23,129 bases of DNA. It comes from Elusimicrobiota bacterium (GTDB lineage: Bacteria > Elusimicrobiota > Elusimicrobia > F11). The notes under the pieces are model-generated. The model worked only from the letters and a program-made list of their open reading frames with translations. It had not been told where the DNA came from and ran no database searches. A program made the position numbers and the translations under genes. How positions within the stretch are numbered: position 1 is the first letter of the stretch; each line of letters starts with the position of its first letter. Where the stretch lies: the NCBI GenBank assembly GCA_046153645.1, contig JBJXGI010000025.1, forward strand, positions 1-23,129, given 5' to 3'. This document shows positions 14,531 through 23,129 of this stretch, in pieces.

Positions 14531-16000
14531 ATGAATTTATTTAATTTTTCTTTATTTTTCATCTACATGGGTGCTCTTTTTCTGTTAATGGTTTATGGGC
14601 TGCACCGTTTTTGGATTCTTTACCTATATTGGAAATTCCACAAGAAACCATCCGTTTTGTCCCAGCCAGTTTTCTTACCACAGGACACCATTCCTTTTGT
14701 TACTGTTCAACTTCCTCTTTATAACGAATTTTATGTTTCAGAAAGATTAATACAAGCGGTCGCGGATTTAGACTATCCAATAGAAAAATTAGAAATTCAA
14801 GTGCTGGATGATTCAATTGATGAAACAGTTGAAAGGGTCGCAAAGGAAGTTGAAAAATTCCAACTTAAAGGAATAAATATAAAACACATCCGGCGTTCTA
14901 ATAGAGACGGTTTCAAAGCAGGCGCTTTGGCTTATGGCCTTCAAACAGCGCAGGGAGAATTTGTCGCTATTTTTGATGCAGATTTTATTCCGCCCAAGGA
15001 TTTCCTGAAGAAAACAATACCACATTTTCAAAAACCTGAAGTTGGGATGGTCCAAACACGTTGGGGGCATATTAATGCATCCTATTCTCTTTTAACTCGC
15101 CTTCAGGCACTTTTTCTTGATGGTCATTTTATGTTGGAGCATACCGCACGATACAAAAGTGGATCTTTTTTTAATTTTAATGGGACCGCGGGTGTTTGGC
15201 GGAAAAAAGCCATTGAAGATGGGGGAGGCTGGAGCCCTCGAACATTGACCGAAGATTTAGATTTGTCTTACCGGGTTCAACTGGCAGGGTGGAGATTTAT
15301 TTACCTGCCTGACTATGTTTGCCCTGCTGAACTTCCGGTTGATATTTCTTCTTTTCGATCTCAACAACATCGTTGGACGAAAGGGGCTTTGCAGGTGGCT
15401 CGATATATCTTGAAAGATATTTGGAAAGCTAAAATTCCTTTTCATACAAAAATGGAATCAACGATACATCTGACAGGGAATGTCGGTTATTTATTATCTT
15501 TAATTATCTCTATTTTAATACTCCCTAGTTTGTATTGGAGGAGTGAGTTTGAATCTTGGCTTCTTTATATGGTGGAGCTTGTTGTGTTTTTTACCACCAC
15601 TGTGTCAGTTGTCTCATTTTATATCGTTTCCCAGAAAGAAATTTATTCTGATTGGAAAACGAGAATTAGAGACATTCCAGCTCTTCTTTCTTTTGGTATA
15701 GGCATGGGACTTTTTAATACACGTGCTGTTATTGAGGGCCTTCTGGGGCATCAATCAGAATTTATTCGAACTCCAAAATATAACATTCAAAATAAAAGTG
15801 ATTTATGGATAAAGAAAATATATTCAAATAAAAAGAAGAAAATTTCTTGGATGGCTTTGTTTTTTTCTCTGTATTCAGTTGTAACTATTTTTATTGCTGT
15901 CATCTTAAATCATTGGTTTGTTTTGCCATTTTTATTCCTTTTTGTTTTTGGGTTTTTCTATATAGCTTCTTTATATTTACGGCCCTCTTTTCAAGAATGA
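14531..16000 (+). CDS. Membrane GT2 glycosyltransferase, cellulose-synthase-like (D,D,D,QxxRW), no PilZ
   Basis: Motifs VTVQLPLYNE, QVLDDS, FKAGAL, IFDADF, TEDLDLSYR and QQHRW. N- and C-terminal TM helices. Confidence 0.92.
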   Translation: MNLFNFSLFFIYMGALFLLMVYGLHRFWILYLYWKFHKKPSVLSQPVFLPQDTIPFVTVQLPLYNEFYVSERLIQAVADLDYPIEKLEIQVLDDSIDETVERVAKEVEKFQLKGINIKHIRRSNRDGFKAGALAYGLQTAQGEFVAIFDADFIPPKDFLKKTIPHFQKPEVGMVQTRWGHINASYSLLTRLQALFLDGHFMLEHTARYKSGSFFNFNGTAGVWRKKAIEDGGGWSPRTLTEDLDLSYRVQLAGWRFIYLPDYVCPAELPVDISSFRSQQHRWTKGALQVARYILKDIWKAKIPFHTKMESTIHLTGNVGYLLSLIISILILPSLYWRSEFESWLLYMVELVVFFTTTVSVVSFYIVSQKEIYSDWKTRIRDIPALLSFGIGMGLFNTRAVIEGLLGHQSEFIRTPKYNIQNKSDLWIKKIYSNKKKKISWMALFFSLYSVVTIFIAVILNHWFVLPFLFLFVFGFFYIASLYLRPSFQE

Positions 16001-16026
16001 TTTTTCTTTCTTAAATGATGTCTTGA

Positions 16027-17349
16027 ATGGTTAAGCTTTCTTCTTCCAAAATAATCCTGTTTTTAGGACTTTTATCGGCGATTTTATATGGTTTTTTCCT
16101 GATCATTGATCCTTTAAATAGAAATATCATTCCTTTTTTAAGTCTATTTTTTTCTATTTTTTTAATTTACTTAATAGGAATTTTTCTTTTGGAGAAGAGT
16201 CCCTTCCAGCTTAAAAACTCTCTTTTTTTGTTAATTGGTTTTTCATTTTTATTTCGAATCCTCATGTTTTTCACTGTGCCCACTTTGTCTGATGATATCT
16301 ATCGATATGCTTGGGACGGTATTGTTCAGAAAAACGGGATAAACCCTTATATTTTTCCGCCGACATCGAATCAGTTAGCTTCGTTAAGGCCGGAATGGCA
16401 TTCTTTGATTAATCATCCCGATGTGCGAACGATATACCCTCCCGTTGCTCAAATGTTCTTTTTGATTGGTTCTTTTTTTTCATCATCAATTATGGCGCAG
16501 AAGTTTTTATTTTCATTCTTTGATTTGGCAACAATAGGGGTTTTGTTTCTGATTTTAAAGAAGAAGCAGTTGCCACTGAAAAACATATTTATTTACGCTT
16601 GGAACCCCTTGGTCATTTTGGAATTTTCTGGTTCGGGCCATATTGATAGTTTGATGATATTTTTCTTGTTTCTTGGGTTTTACTTTTGGGAATGCTGTCG
16701 GATTAAATGGTCGCATTCATTCTTTGCTATTTCTTTTTTATCTAAATTTACATCTGTTGTTATGATTCCTTGGTTATTGTTAAAAGAAAACGTGCGGAAG
16801 ATTTGGGTGTTTGTTTTTGTCATTATCCTGTTGAGTCTTCCTTATCTTTTTCATATGGGGGAAATAATCCACGAGTGGTCAAGCGCTGTTAGCGGAGTAA
16901 CGACTTTTAGCAAGGATTGGGCATTTAATTCCAGCTTCTATGGTTTGTTGGGTTGGGTTATTAAAAACACTCTATATCGAAAGATTTTTATTGGTTTATG
17001 TCTGATTCTGTTCTCATTTTGGTGGGCACAGAAAAATAAATTAAACCCCATTCAATATGCGTTTGGATGCTTTTTTTTGCTTCTATCTTTTAGTCCCATT
17101 GCTCACCCTTGGTATGTTTGTTGGTTGGTTCCTTTTATGGTGTTCATTCCCTTGCTTGGAGGGATCCTTTGGTCGGGATTGATTGTGCTAACTTATCATG
17201 TCCTTATTAGTTACGTCTCAGAAGGGATTTGGAATTTATCATCATCCATTTCTATCATTCAATATTTCCCCGTGTATTTGTGTTTGATTTTCGAATTCTT
17301 TTATAGAAAGAAAAAAGGAAAATTAATAATCAATTATGACAATGCTTAA
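16027..17349 (+). CDS. Polytopic GT-C glycosyltransferase (DUF2029/GT87-like)
   Basis: Many TM helices. Motifs LSDDIYRYAWDG, GINPY, IYPP, WNPL, GHID and HPWY. Confidence 0.8.
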   Translation: MVKLSSSKIILFLGLLSAILYGFFLIIDPLNRNIIPFLSLFFSIFLIYLIGIFLLEKSPFQLKNSLFLLIGFSFLFRILMFFTVPTLSDDIYRYAWDGIVQKNGINPYIFPPTSNQLASLRPEWHSLINHPDVRTIYPPVAQMFFLIGSFFSSSIMAQKFLFSFFDLATIGVLFLILKKKQLPLKNIFIYAWNPLVILEFSGSGHIDSLMIFFLFLGFYFWECCRIKWSHSFFAISFLSKFTSVVMIPWLLLKENVRKIWVFVFVIILLSLPYLFHMGEIIHEWSSAVSGVTTFSKDWAFNSSFYGLLGWVIKNTLYRKIFIGLCLILFSFWWAQKNKLNPIQYAFGCFFLLLSFSPIAHPWYVCWLVPFMVFIPLLGGILWSGLIVLTYHVLISYVSEGIWNLSSSISIIQYFPVYLCLIFEFFYRKKKGKLIINYDNA

Positions 17350-18016
17350 CGTTAATATCATTATTCCTGCACTCAACGAAGAAGAAGCCATTCAAAAAGT
17401 ATTAGAGGAAATTCCTAAAAATTTGGTTAAGAAAATTATCGTCGTTGATAATGCTTCAACAGATCGAACAGCTGAGAAAGCAAATGCATTGGGAGCCACG
17501 GTTGTTTCTCAAAATAAACGCGGCTATGGTCGATCGGTTCTTAAAGGGTTGGAATCACTTGATGAAGATTGCGATACTGTTGTTATTTTAGATGGAGATC
17601 ATTCTGACTTTCCTGAAGATTTAGAGCGTTTGTTAGAACCGATAGAGAAAGAGGGGGCCGATCTCGTCATTGGAAGTCGTACTAAAAATGCGTCTCCGGG
17701 TTCACTTATGCCTGTTCAGCGGTTTGGGAATTGGTTGACGTGTGCGCTTTTGAAAATTTTCTACGGACAAGGTTTTACTGATATGGGACCTTTTCGAGCC
17801 ATGAAAAGAAGCTCTTTATCCAAATGGAAAATGGAAGACCCTACCTTTGGGTGGAATGTTGAAATGCAAATTAAAGCCCTTAAACATAAAATGAAAATTA
17901 TTGAAGTACCTGTTAGGTATCGCCCTCGAATTGGAGAGAGTAAAATTTCTGGTAGTGTTAAAGGGTCTATTAAGGCAGGGACTAAGATTCTTTGGTCGCT
18001 TTGGAAATATAGCTAA
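17336..18016 (+). CDS. GT2 polyprenol-phosphate glycosyltransferase (DPM synthase-like)
   Basis: Motifs IIPALNEE, VVDNASTD, RGYG, ILDGDHSD, VIGSR, TDMGPFRA and EVPVRYRPRIGESKIS. Confidence 0.9.
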   Translation: MTMLNVNIIIPALNEEEAIQKVLEEIPKNLVKKIIVVDNASTDRTAEKANALGATVVSQNKRGYGRSVLKGLESLDEDCDTVVILDGDHSDFPEDLERLLEPIEKEGADLVIGSRTKNASPGSLMPVQRFGNWLTCALLKIFYGQGFTDMGPFRAMKRSSLSKWKMEDPTFGWNVEMQIKALKHKMKIIEVPVRYRPRIGESKISGSVKGSIKAGTKILWSLWKYS

Positions 18017-19356
18017 TTTTTAGAATAGAACACTTTTCGAACGATGGTGGTTAAATTTCCAGCGCTGTCTTTTGCCACTATTTTAATGTTATTTATTCCT
18101 TCGGAAAGGGAAACACTTTGACTAAATTTCCCATTTGGCCCAATGAAAATAATTTTCCCATTGGCTTCAATGGCAACGGCGCCCTCGACTGTGCCATAAA
18201 CATCGCAAAATGACTCTAATCCGCTAAATTTTTGACCATCCGAGGGTGTTTCAAGTGTTAGTTTGGGTGCTTGAGAATCTTTATTTATTTTAGATGGAAC
18301 AGAATAAGCTCCCATAATTCCCAATGCGTCAACAAACGCTACTCTCAAATAATATTCGCCATCTGGGATATTTTGTTTTTTAATGTCGAGAGCTTCTCCG
18401 GTAGGTGACATTTTTTCCATGAGAACTTTTTCAAATTTTTCGTCGGAAGAAATTTGAAATTTATAATTCGATAGCAGTCCTTGTGCCAGAATCGATTTTG
18501 ATTTTCCTGTTTCAGTTTCTTTTTTATTTTCTTTTTGTGTTGGAGGAGAAATGACGATGGTTCCATTGTTTTGTTTAATTTCAGGCGGACTTATATTGCT
18601 CGATTTCATCATTTCAGGATGGAAATCTTTAATCCGGGCCAAGGGAACCGGCGTTTGAGGGGGAGACGATTTAGGTACTTCTGTACCAAACCCTTCTGGA
18701 ACTGTAATGGTTTTTCCTTGTGCGGTGACGTCAACTTTCCCTTTATAAACATAAACTACTTCGGTTTCATCTGAACGAACGCGGGCTTGGAAGTCGGAGT
18801 TTGTTGATTTTGGTTTAACAACCATACCGCTGGGCATGATAACTTTGGCTTTTGAGGCACGAACATCTCCTTGAAGTAACTGAACTTCTTGTAAGATTTT
18901 TTCTGGTTTTAACACCACCAGCGAATTTTCATTTATTTGAATGATTTCTTTTGATGGAAATTTAACTCTGGCCTGAGCGCCTTTCATGGTGCGCAGGGTG
19001 TCTTCGTATTTGAGAATTAATTTTTCCTTCGCTGTTTTCCATTCTTCTTCCCCTTTTCTTTTATATCGTACTTCAGGAATCATGGTTACCAACTCGGCAT
19101 TTCGATATTCTTCTTTAATTAATAGAACAGGAACTTTAATTTTTGTTCCTGGTAATGCGATGGTGGGATCTGATGATAATTGATCGTTGTATTTGACGAG
19201 TTCAGGCCACTTTTGTGGATCTTTTAAATACTTGTTAGCAATACTCCACATGGTGTCCCCAGAGTTGACGGTAATTTCCTGTAATGGTTCTTGAGACCAT
19301 AGAGGTTCAAATCTCATTAAAAAAATAATAAGTGTAAAATAAAAAATCTTTTTCAT
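18013..19356 (-). CDS. Secreted LysM + FecR-like + C-terminal Ig-like domain protein
   Basis: Signal peptide. LysM motif ITVNSGDTMWSIANKYLKDP.KWPEL..N....PG.KIKVP. FecR-like region (DTLRT, INENS, VYKGKVDV). Ig-like tail (LSEGINNIKIVAKDSAGN). Confidence 0.82.
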   Translation of the reverse strand: MKKIFYFTLIIFLMRFEPLWSQEPLQEITVNSGDTMWSIANKYLKDPQKWPELVKYNDQLSSDPTIALPGTKIKVPVLLIKEEYRNAELVTMIPEVRYKRKGEEEWKTAKEKLILKYEDTLRTMKGAQARVKFPSKEIIQINENSLVVLKPEKILQEVQLLQGDVRASKAKVIMPSGMVVKPKSTNSDFQARVRSDETEVVYVYKGKVDVTAQGKTITVPEGFGTEVPKSSPPQTPVPLARIKDFHPEMMKSSNISPPEIKQNNGTIVISPPTQKENKKETETGKSKSILAQGLLSNYKFQISSDEKFEKVLMEKMSPTGEALDIKKQNIPDGEYYLRVAFVDALGIMGAYSVPSKINKDSQAPKLTLETPSDGQKFSGLESFCDVYGTVEGAVAIEANGKIIFIGPNGKFSQSVSLSEGINNIKIVAKDSAGNLTTIVRKVFYSKN

Positions 19357-21551
19357 GCGGCTTTTTGTTCTTCCATTTTTTTATTAATGTTTTTGGGCAA
19401 GATAAAAATAAAAGACGATCCGACTCCCATTTCAGATTCAACCCATATCTTTCCGTAATGGGCTTCAATAATTTTTTTACAAATAGTTAAACCCAGTCCT
19501 GCGCCACCTTTAAAATGGCCTTCTACTTGTTTGAATTTATCGAACACAGTAAGTAGGTAGTTTTCTGGGATTCCTTCTCCGGTATCAACAACAGCGCATC
19601 TCATTTGATTTCCTTCATCTCTTATCTTAACCGTAATGGCTCCACCATCGGGGGTAAATTTGATTGCATTTCCAATGAGATTTGTGAAAACTCGTTCAAT
19701 TAAATTGGGGTCAATTGAAATTGAAGGGACGGTTGTATCCAATTGAATTTTTAGTTTGATGTTTGAACTCTTGGTTTGAGGGGAAAAAAGTTCAATAACT
19801 CGGTTAGAGATATCTTCAATATGAGATTCTTCAATGTGCAAAAGAAGCCTGTTTGATTCAAGTCTGGCCAAATCTAAAATATCGTTGATCATGTTCATTA
19901 AGCGAAGAGAAGCTTTATCCATCGTTTCAAACATTTTCTGTTGTATTTCAGTTAAGGATCCCGTCTGTCCGGATTGAAATAATCTAATGAATCCTCGAAT
20001 TGCTGTTAGTGGATTTCTAAGGTCATGGGTAATAGAATGGAGAAATTCTTCTTTCATTGAATCAATTTCTTTTTCCAATGTAATGTCGTGGAACACAGTG
20101 ACCATTCCAAGCGTTTCTTTTTTCCCTGGTGTTTGGACTTGAGAAGAACTCAAATCATAGTAGCTTTCTTTTGATTCCTGGTTTGTTAGTTTTACTTCTA
20201 TTGATTTCTGGTTTTCGGGTTTTGTTAATAAATCAACACAAGCTGTTTTGAGTTCTGGGGAAGGCAAAAACTTCCAAAGTTGTTCTCCTAAAATAGAATC
20301 TTTTTGTCCGATATTTAAGATGTTTTTCGCGTTCTCATTAATGAGTTGAACACGTCCTTGATAGTCGGTCATGATAATCCCATCTCGAATAGAAAAAATG
20401 ATGGCTTCGGTTTTCTTCTGTTCAATAATGACCTTTTCTACTTGAATCTCGGCGTAACCTTTCAATTTTTTTAACATTTCATTAAAGGTGCGATTTAAAT
20501 CTTCTATTTCATCTTTACTTTTTATTTCAATGAGTTCAGGAAAATGACCATTTATGAGGTCAACTTCTTTAGCCACTTTCGTTATGGCGATGAGAGGAGA
20601 GGTTAATGATCTGGCTAAGAACCCTGCGACAAAAATAGCCAATATAATGGTTATGAAAACAAAAATAAGCGCTCTTTGTTTTCCCTTCGAACTATAACGG
20701 TAAGCTTCTTTGATGGTTTGTTGAGTGAGAATAGCTCCGCCTAACTTACTTACAGGCGCCGATGCCATGATCCATGATTGATTTTTAGAATCAGTGAATT
20801 CATGTGAACCCAAGCTCCCATTAAGAGCTGTTTGAATCATGCTTTGGTTGAGAGGAATAGGTTCTCCATTGGGTAAATTTCTATCTTTTGAGACGATTTC
20901 TCCATTTTTCCAAACGTAGGTAGCAAAACCGGTTAATCCAATAGATTCCTTTGCAATCATTTCACATAAGTCATTGAGAGAAAGTTTTACATAGACAGCA
21001 TTTTTTCCGGTGGGGGTGTCAAAGGGAACATATACTTCCGCGTAGGTTAAGCTCTCGGTTTTTGTGACCTGAACTTCTTGTCGCTCGGATTTCCTAAAGG
21101 CTTGGTATAACGCGAAATTGCTGTGTTTTAGCAGTGAAGGATTTTTATCTACTTCTGGGGCGATGGTAGGATTGTAGGCTTTAATTAATTCTTGACCTTC
21201 ATGTGAAACGGCCGCAATAATTCCAAAATGAGGAGAAGAATCAATGAGAGCACTAAGAAGTTTTTGACGTTCTTCCCAGGTTGTTTCTGGGTTTTTTATG
21301 GCTGATATGCCTATGTTAAGTTGGGAGACAAGTGAATGTAATCGTTCGTCAAATTTTTCAGATAATGATTGTGCCAATTTAAGGTGATATCGTTGAACTT
21401 CAAACTGTAGACTTTCATCGTTAATTTTAACAATGATTCTTCCAACAAGAGCCACAGGAATAACTGCGAGTGCCAAGAGTAAAATGAGAAATCGAGGGAA
21501 TAATCTAAGATGAAATGAAAAGATTGAATTTTTAGGTCTTATTATCGACAT
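19353..21551 (-). CDS. Membrane sensor histidine kinase (Cache-like periplasmic region, HAMP, PAS, HisKA, HATPase)
   Basis: Two TMs. HAMP SKDEIEDLNRTFNEM, PAS SIRDGIIMTD, H-box THDLRNPL, N-box NLIGNAIKFT, then DTGEGIP and GAGLGL. Confidence 0.95.
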   Translation of the reverse strand: MSIIRPKNSIFSFHLRLFPRFLILLLALAVIPVALVGRIIVKINDESLQFEVQRYHLKLAQSLSEKFDERLHSLVSQLNIGISAIKNPETTWEERQKLLSALIDSSPHFGIIAAVSHEGQELIKAYNPTIAPEVDKNPSLLKHSNFALYQAFRKSERQEVQVTKTESLTYAEVYVPFDTPTGKNAVYVKLSLNDLCEMIAKESIGLTGFATYVWKNGEIVSKDRNLPNGEPIPLNQSMIQTALNGSLGSHEFTDSKNQSWIMASAPVSKLGGAILTQQTIKEAYRYSSKGKQRALIFVFITIILAIFVAGFLARSLTSPLIAITKVAKEVDLINGHFPELIEIKSKDEIEDLNRTFNEMLKKLKGYAEIQVEKVIIEQKKTEAIIFSIRDGIIMTDYQGRVQLINENAKNILNIGQKDSILGEQLWKFLPSPELKTACVDLLTKPENQKSIEVKLTNQESKESYYDLSSSQVQTPGKKETLGMVTVFHDITLEKEIDSMKEEFLHSITHDLRNPLTAIRGFIRLFQSGQTGSLTEIQQKMFETMDKASLRLMNMINDILDLARLESNRLLLHIEESHIEDISNRVIELFSPQTKSSNIKLKIQLDTTVPSISIDPNLIERVFTNLIGNAIKFTPDGGAITVKIRDEGNQMRCAVVDTGEGIPENYLLTVFDKFKQVEGHFKGGAGLGLTICKKIIEAHYGKIWVESEMGVGSSFIFILPKNINKKMEEQKAA

Positions 21552-21719
21552 GAATGTTCCTTGTGACTAGTGTAATGACTCGTGGGCTCGATTCAATGGA
21601 ATAATTAAGTTTTCTTATGTCAAAACACCGCTAAAAATCAATATTAAACTTAGGTACAAAGTTGATCTGTATCTGTGATCAATTTAGTAGACTTTTCATT
21701 AAATAAATTAAAACTATTT

Positions 21720-22379
21720 ATGATTCGAAATCTCTCCATTTTTTCTTTTTTAATCTTTATATGCTCATTCATTTCAGCGCAATATTCTCCTCAAATTGCT
21801 TTAACTTTTGATGATGGTCCTCGGCCTGCTTCAACTTATCGGTTAAGAAAAGTTCTTAATCGATACTCAATTCCTGGCACATTTTTTATTGTTGGACGGG
21901 TTGCCGATTTAAATCCTCAAGAAATTATGAATTTGCATAATGAAGGGCATGAAGTTGCCAATCATAGTTGGAATCACTCTGATTTTAAAATCTTAAGAAT
22001 GAACTCTATTTTGTGGGAACTGAACAATACCAGAACGCTTATTCATCGTTTGACTGGGGAAAAAACACCTTATTTTAGACCTCCTGGGTTATCAGAAAAA
22101 TATTTGAAAAAGAAATTTATTGTTCCGCATGGGTACAAAATTGTTTTATGGGATCTTCATAGTCTTGATCAAGAAGGTCATTCTTCTGAGGAAATAGCAG
22201 AACGAATATTATCGCAAGTTAAAGATGGGGATGTTATTTTAATGCATAATGGAATTATTCCGACTGTTGAAGCATTGGATTGTATTATTCCTGAGTTAAA
22301 ATCCCGCGGATTTGAATTTGTAACTATTTCAAAATTACTAGAAAGTAAAAATAGAAGATGGTTTATGGTGGAGAGATGA
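21720..22379 (+). CDS. Polysaccharide (peptidoglycan) deacetylase, CE4/NodB family, secreted
   Basis: Motifs ALTFDDGP, ANHSWNH, FRPPG, VLWD and ILMH. Signal peptide from ATG 21720 (the ORF track starts at GTG 21675). Confidence 0.92.
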   Translation: MIRNLSIFSFLIFICSFISAQYSPQIALTFDDGPRPASTYRLRKVLNRYSIPGTFFIVGRVADLNPQEIMNLHNEGHEVANHSWNHSDFKILRMNSILWELNNTRTLIHRLTGEKTPYFRPPGLSEKYLKKKFIVPHGYKIVLWDLHSLDQEGHSSEEIAERILSQVKDGDVILMHNGIIPTVEALDCIIPELKSRGFEFVTISKLLESKNRRWFMVER

Positions 22380-23129
22380 AACGATTTCTTCTTAATAGAA
22401 AAAGGGGAGGAATAAAGGTTTTTTCCCTTATTTTTATCGTTTTTTTTACCATGGGAGCAGGATTGGTTTTTTGGCCAGGGTTTAGTCACTCGACAATTGA
22501 GATTGATGTTCTACAAGGGCAAACGGCGGGAATTATCGGGAAACATTTAGAAGAAAAAGAGCTTATTCGCAGCGTGCCACTGTTTAAATTTTGGGTGAAA
22601 ATTCTAAGAGTGGAAAATAAAATTGCCGTTGGTAGATATCGACTCAATCAGGGGCAATCTTCTTTTTGGATTGTTCAGAAGCTTGTGCAAGGTGATACTT
22701 TTAAGGTTCGAGTTATTATTCCTGAAGGATACTCTTCTTGGCAAATTGCTGAGCGGTTAGAAAATTTAAATATAACCAAGAGAGATGAATTCTTAAATTG
22801 GGTAAAGACTCATAATTTAGAAGGATATCTTTTCCCTGCGACATATGATCTTGATATCGGGTTAGGCGCTTCCCATGTGGCCACTCTTATGACAAAAGAA
22901 TTTGAACGACGCTGGAGCCTAGAATTTGCGGAGCGCTCAGCAGCTCTTGGTCTAAATCAAAAAGAAGTTGTTGTGTTAGCCTCAATTGTAGAAAGAGAGG
23001 TAAAAATGCGAGATGAATTACCTCTTATTGCTTCCTTATATTTAAATCGGTTCAAAAAAGGAATGAAGTTGGAAGCGGATCCAACAGTTCAATATGCCTT
23101 AGGTGAATGGAGAACTCGATTAACTTATG
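22376..23129 (+). CDS. mltG: Endolytic transglycosylase MltG (YceG), truncated at the window end; absent from the ORF track
   Basis: Manual translation from ATG 22376 (ATGA overlap): MKRFLLNRKRGG, a TM helix, then IIPEG, LEGYLFPATY, LASIVERE, NRFKKGMKLEADPTVQYA. Confidence 0.95.
   Translation, partial: MKRFLLNRKRGGIKVFSLIFIVFFTMGAGLVFWPGFSHSTIEIDVLQGQTAGIIGKHLEEKELIRSVPLFKFWVKILRVENKIAVGRYRLNQGQSSFWIVQKLVQGDTFKVRVIIPEGYSSWQIAERLENLNITKRDEFLNWVKTHNLEGYLFPATYDLDIGLGASHVATLMTKEFERRWSLEFAERSAALGLNQKEVVVLASIVEREVKMRDELPLIASLYLNRFKKGMKLEADPTVQYALGEWRTRLTY

Noticed and set aside
14531..16000. True cellulose synthase bcsA
   Set aside because: It is too short, has no PilZ domain and has no bcsB/C/Z neighbours.
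259..22489. Other short ORFs in the track (e.g. 259-471, 606-791, 1580-1777, 1621-1821, 3070-3336, 12295-12651, 13400-13585, 22178-22489)
   Set aside because: They largely overlap well-supported genes in another frame or strand and show no family motifs.

Overview
AT-rich bacterial chromosomal window, very gene-dense, with no rRNA, tRNA or CRISPR visible. The gene content would fit a diderm lineage such as Elusimicrobiota, but that is only a guess. In order it contains: the 3' end of a probable DUF559/Vsr-like nuclease gene running into a GC-rich boxC-like repeat pair; a Phd/YefM-VapC toxin-antitoxin pair; sixA; a secreted FecR-like protein; an SseB-family protein; a secreted M16 peptidase heterodimer pair; an antisense TPR/membrane gene; trmL; methylcitrate-cycle genes prpD-prpB-prpC; a dihaem cytochrome c fused to an EbdC-like domain; an alpha/beta hydrolase; a second TA pair (Phd-like antitoxin with a WFW..EWQ tail, plus a RelE/ParE toxin); a SigH/SigR-like ECF sigma with a ZAS anti-sigma; three glycosyltransferases (GT2 processive-type, GT-C, DPM-like GT2); a minus-strand histidine kinase plus LysM-FecR-Ig gene pair; a polysaccharide deacetylase; and a partial mltG. 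Most notable: (1) three ~100-bp boxC-like composite palindromes clustered next to the putative nuclease gene, with G4 motifs, translating in frame into neighbouring genes; (2) a hydrolase whose conserved N-terminus can only start at a non-canonical codon and overlaps an intrinsic terminator; (3) a VapC with Asp->Asn at a catalytic position; (4) overlapping ECF and sigma70 promoters suggesting a leaderless sigma mRNA; (5) a possible peptidoglycan-sensing kinase/LysM-FecR module.
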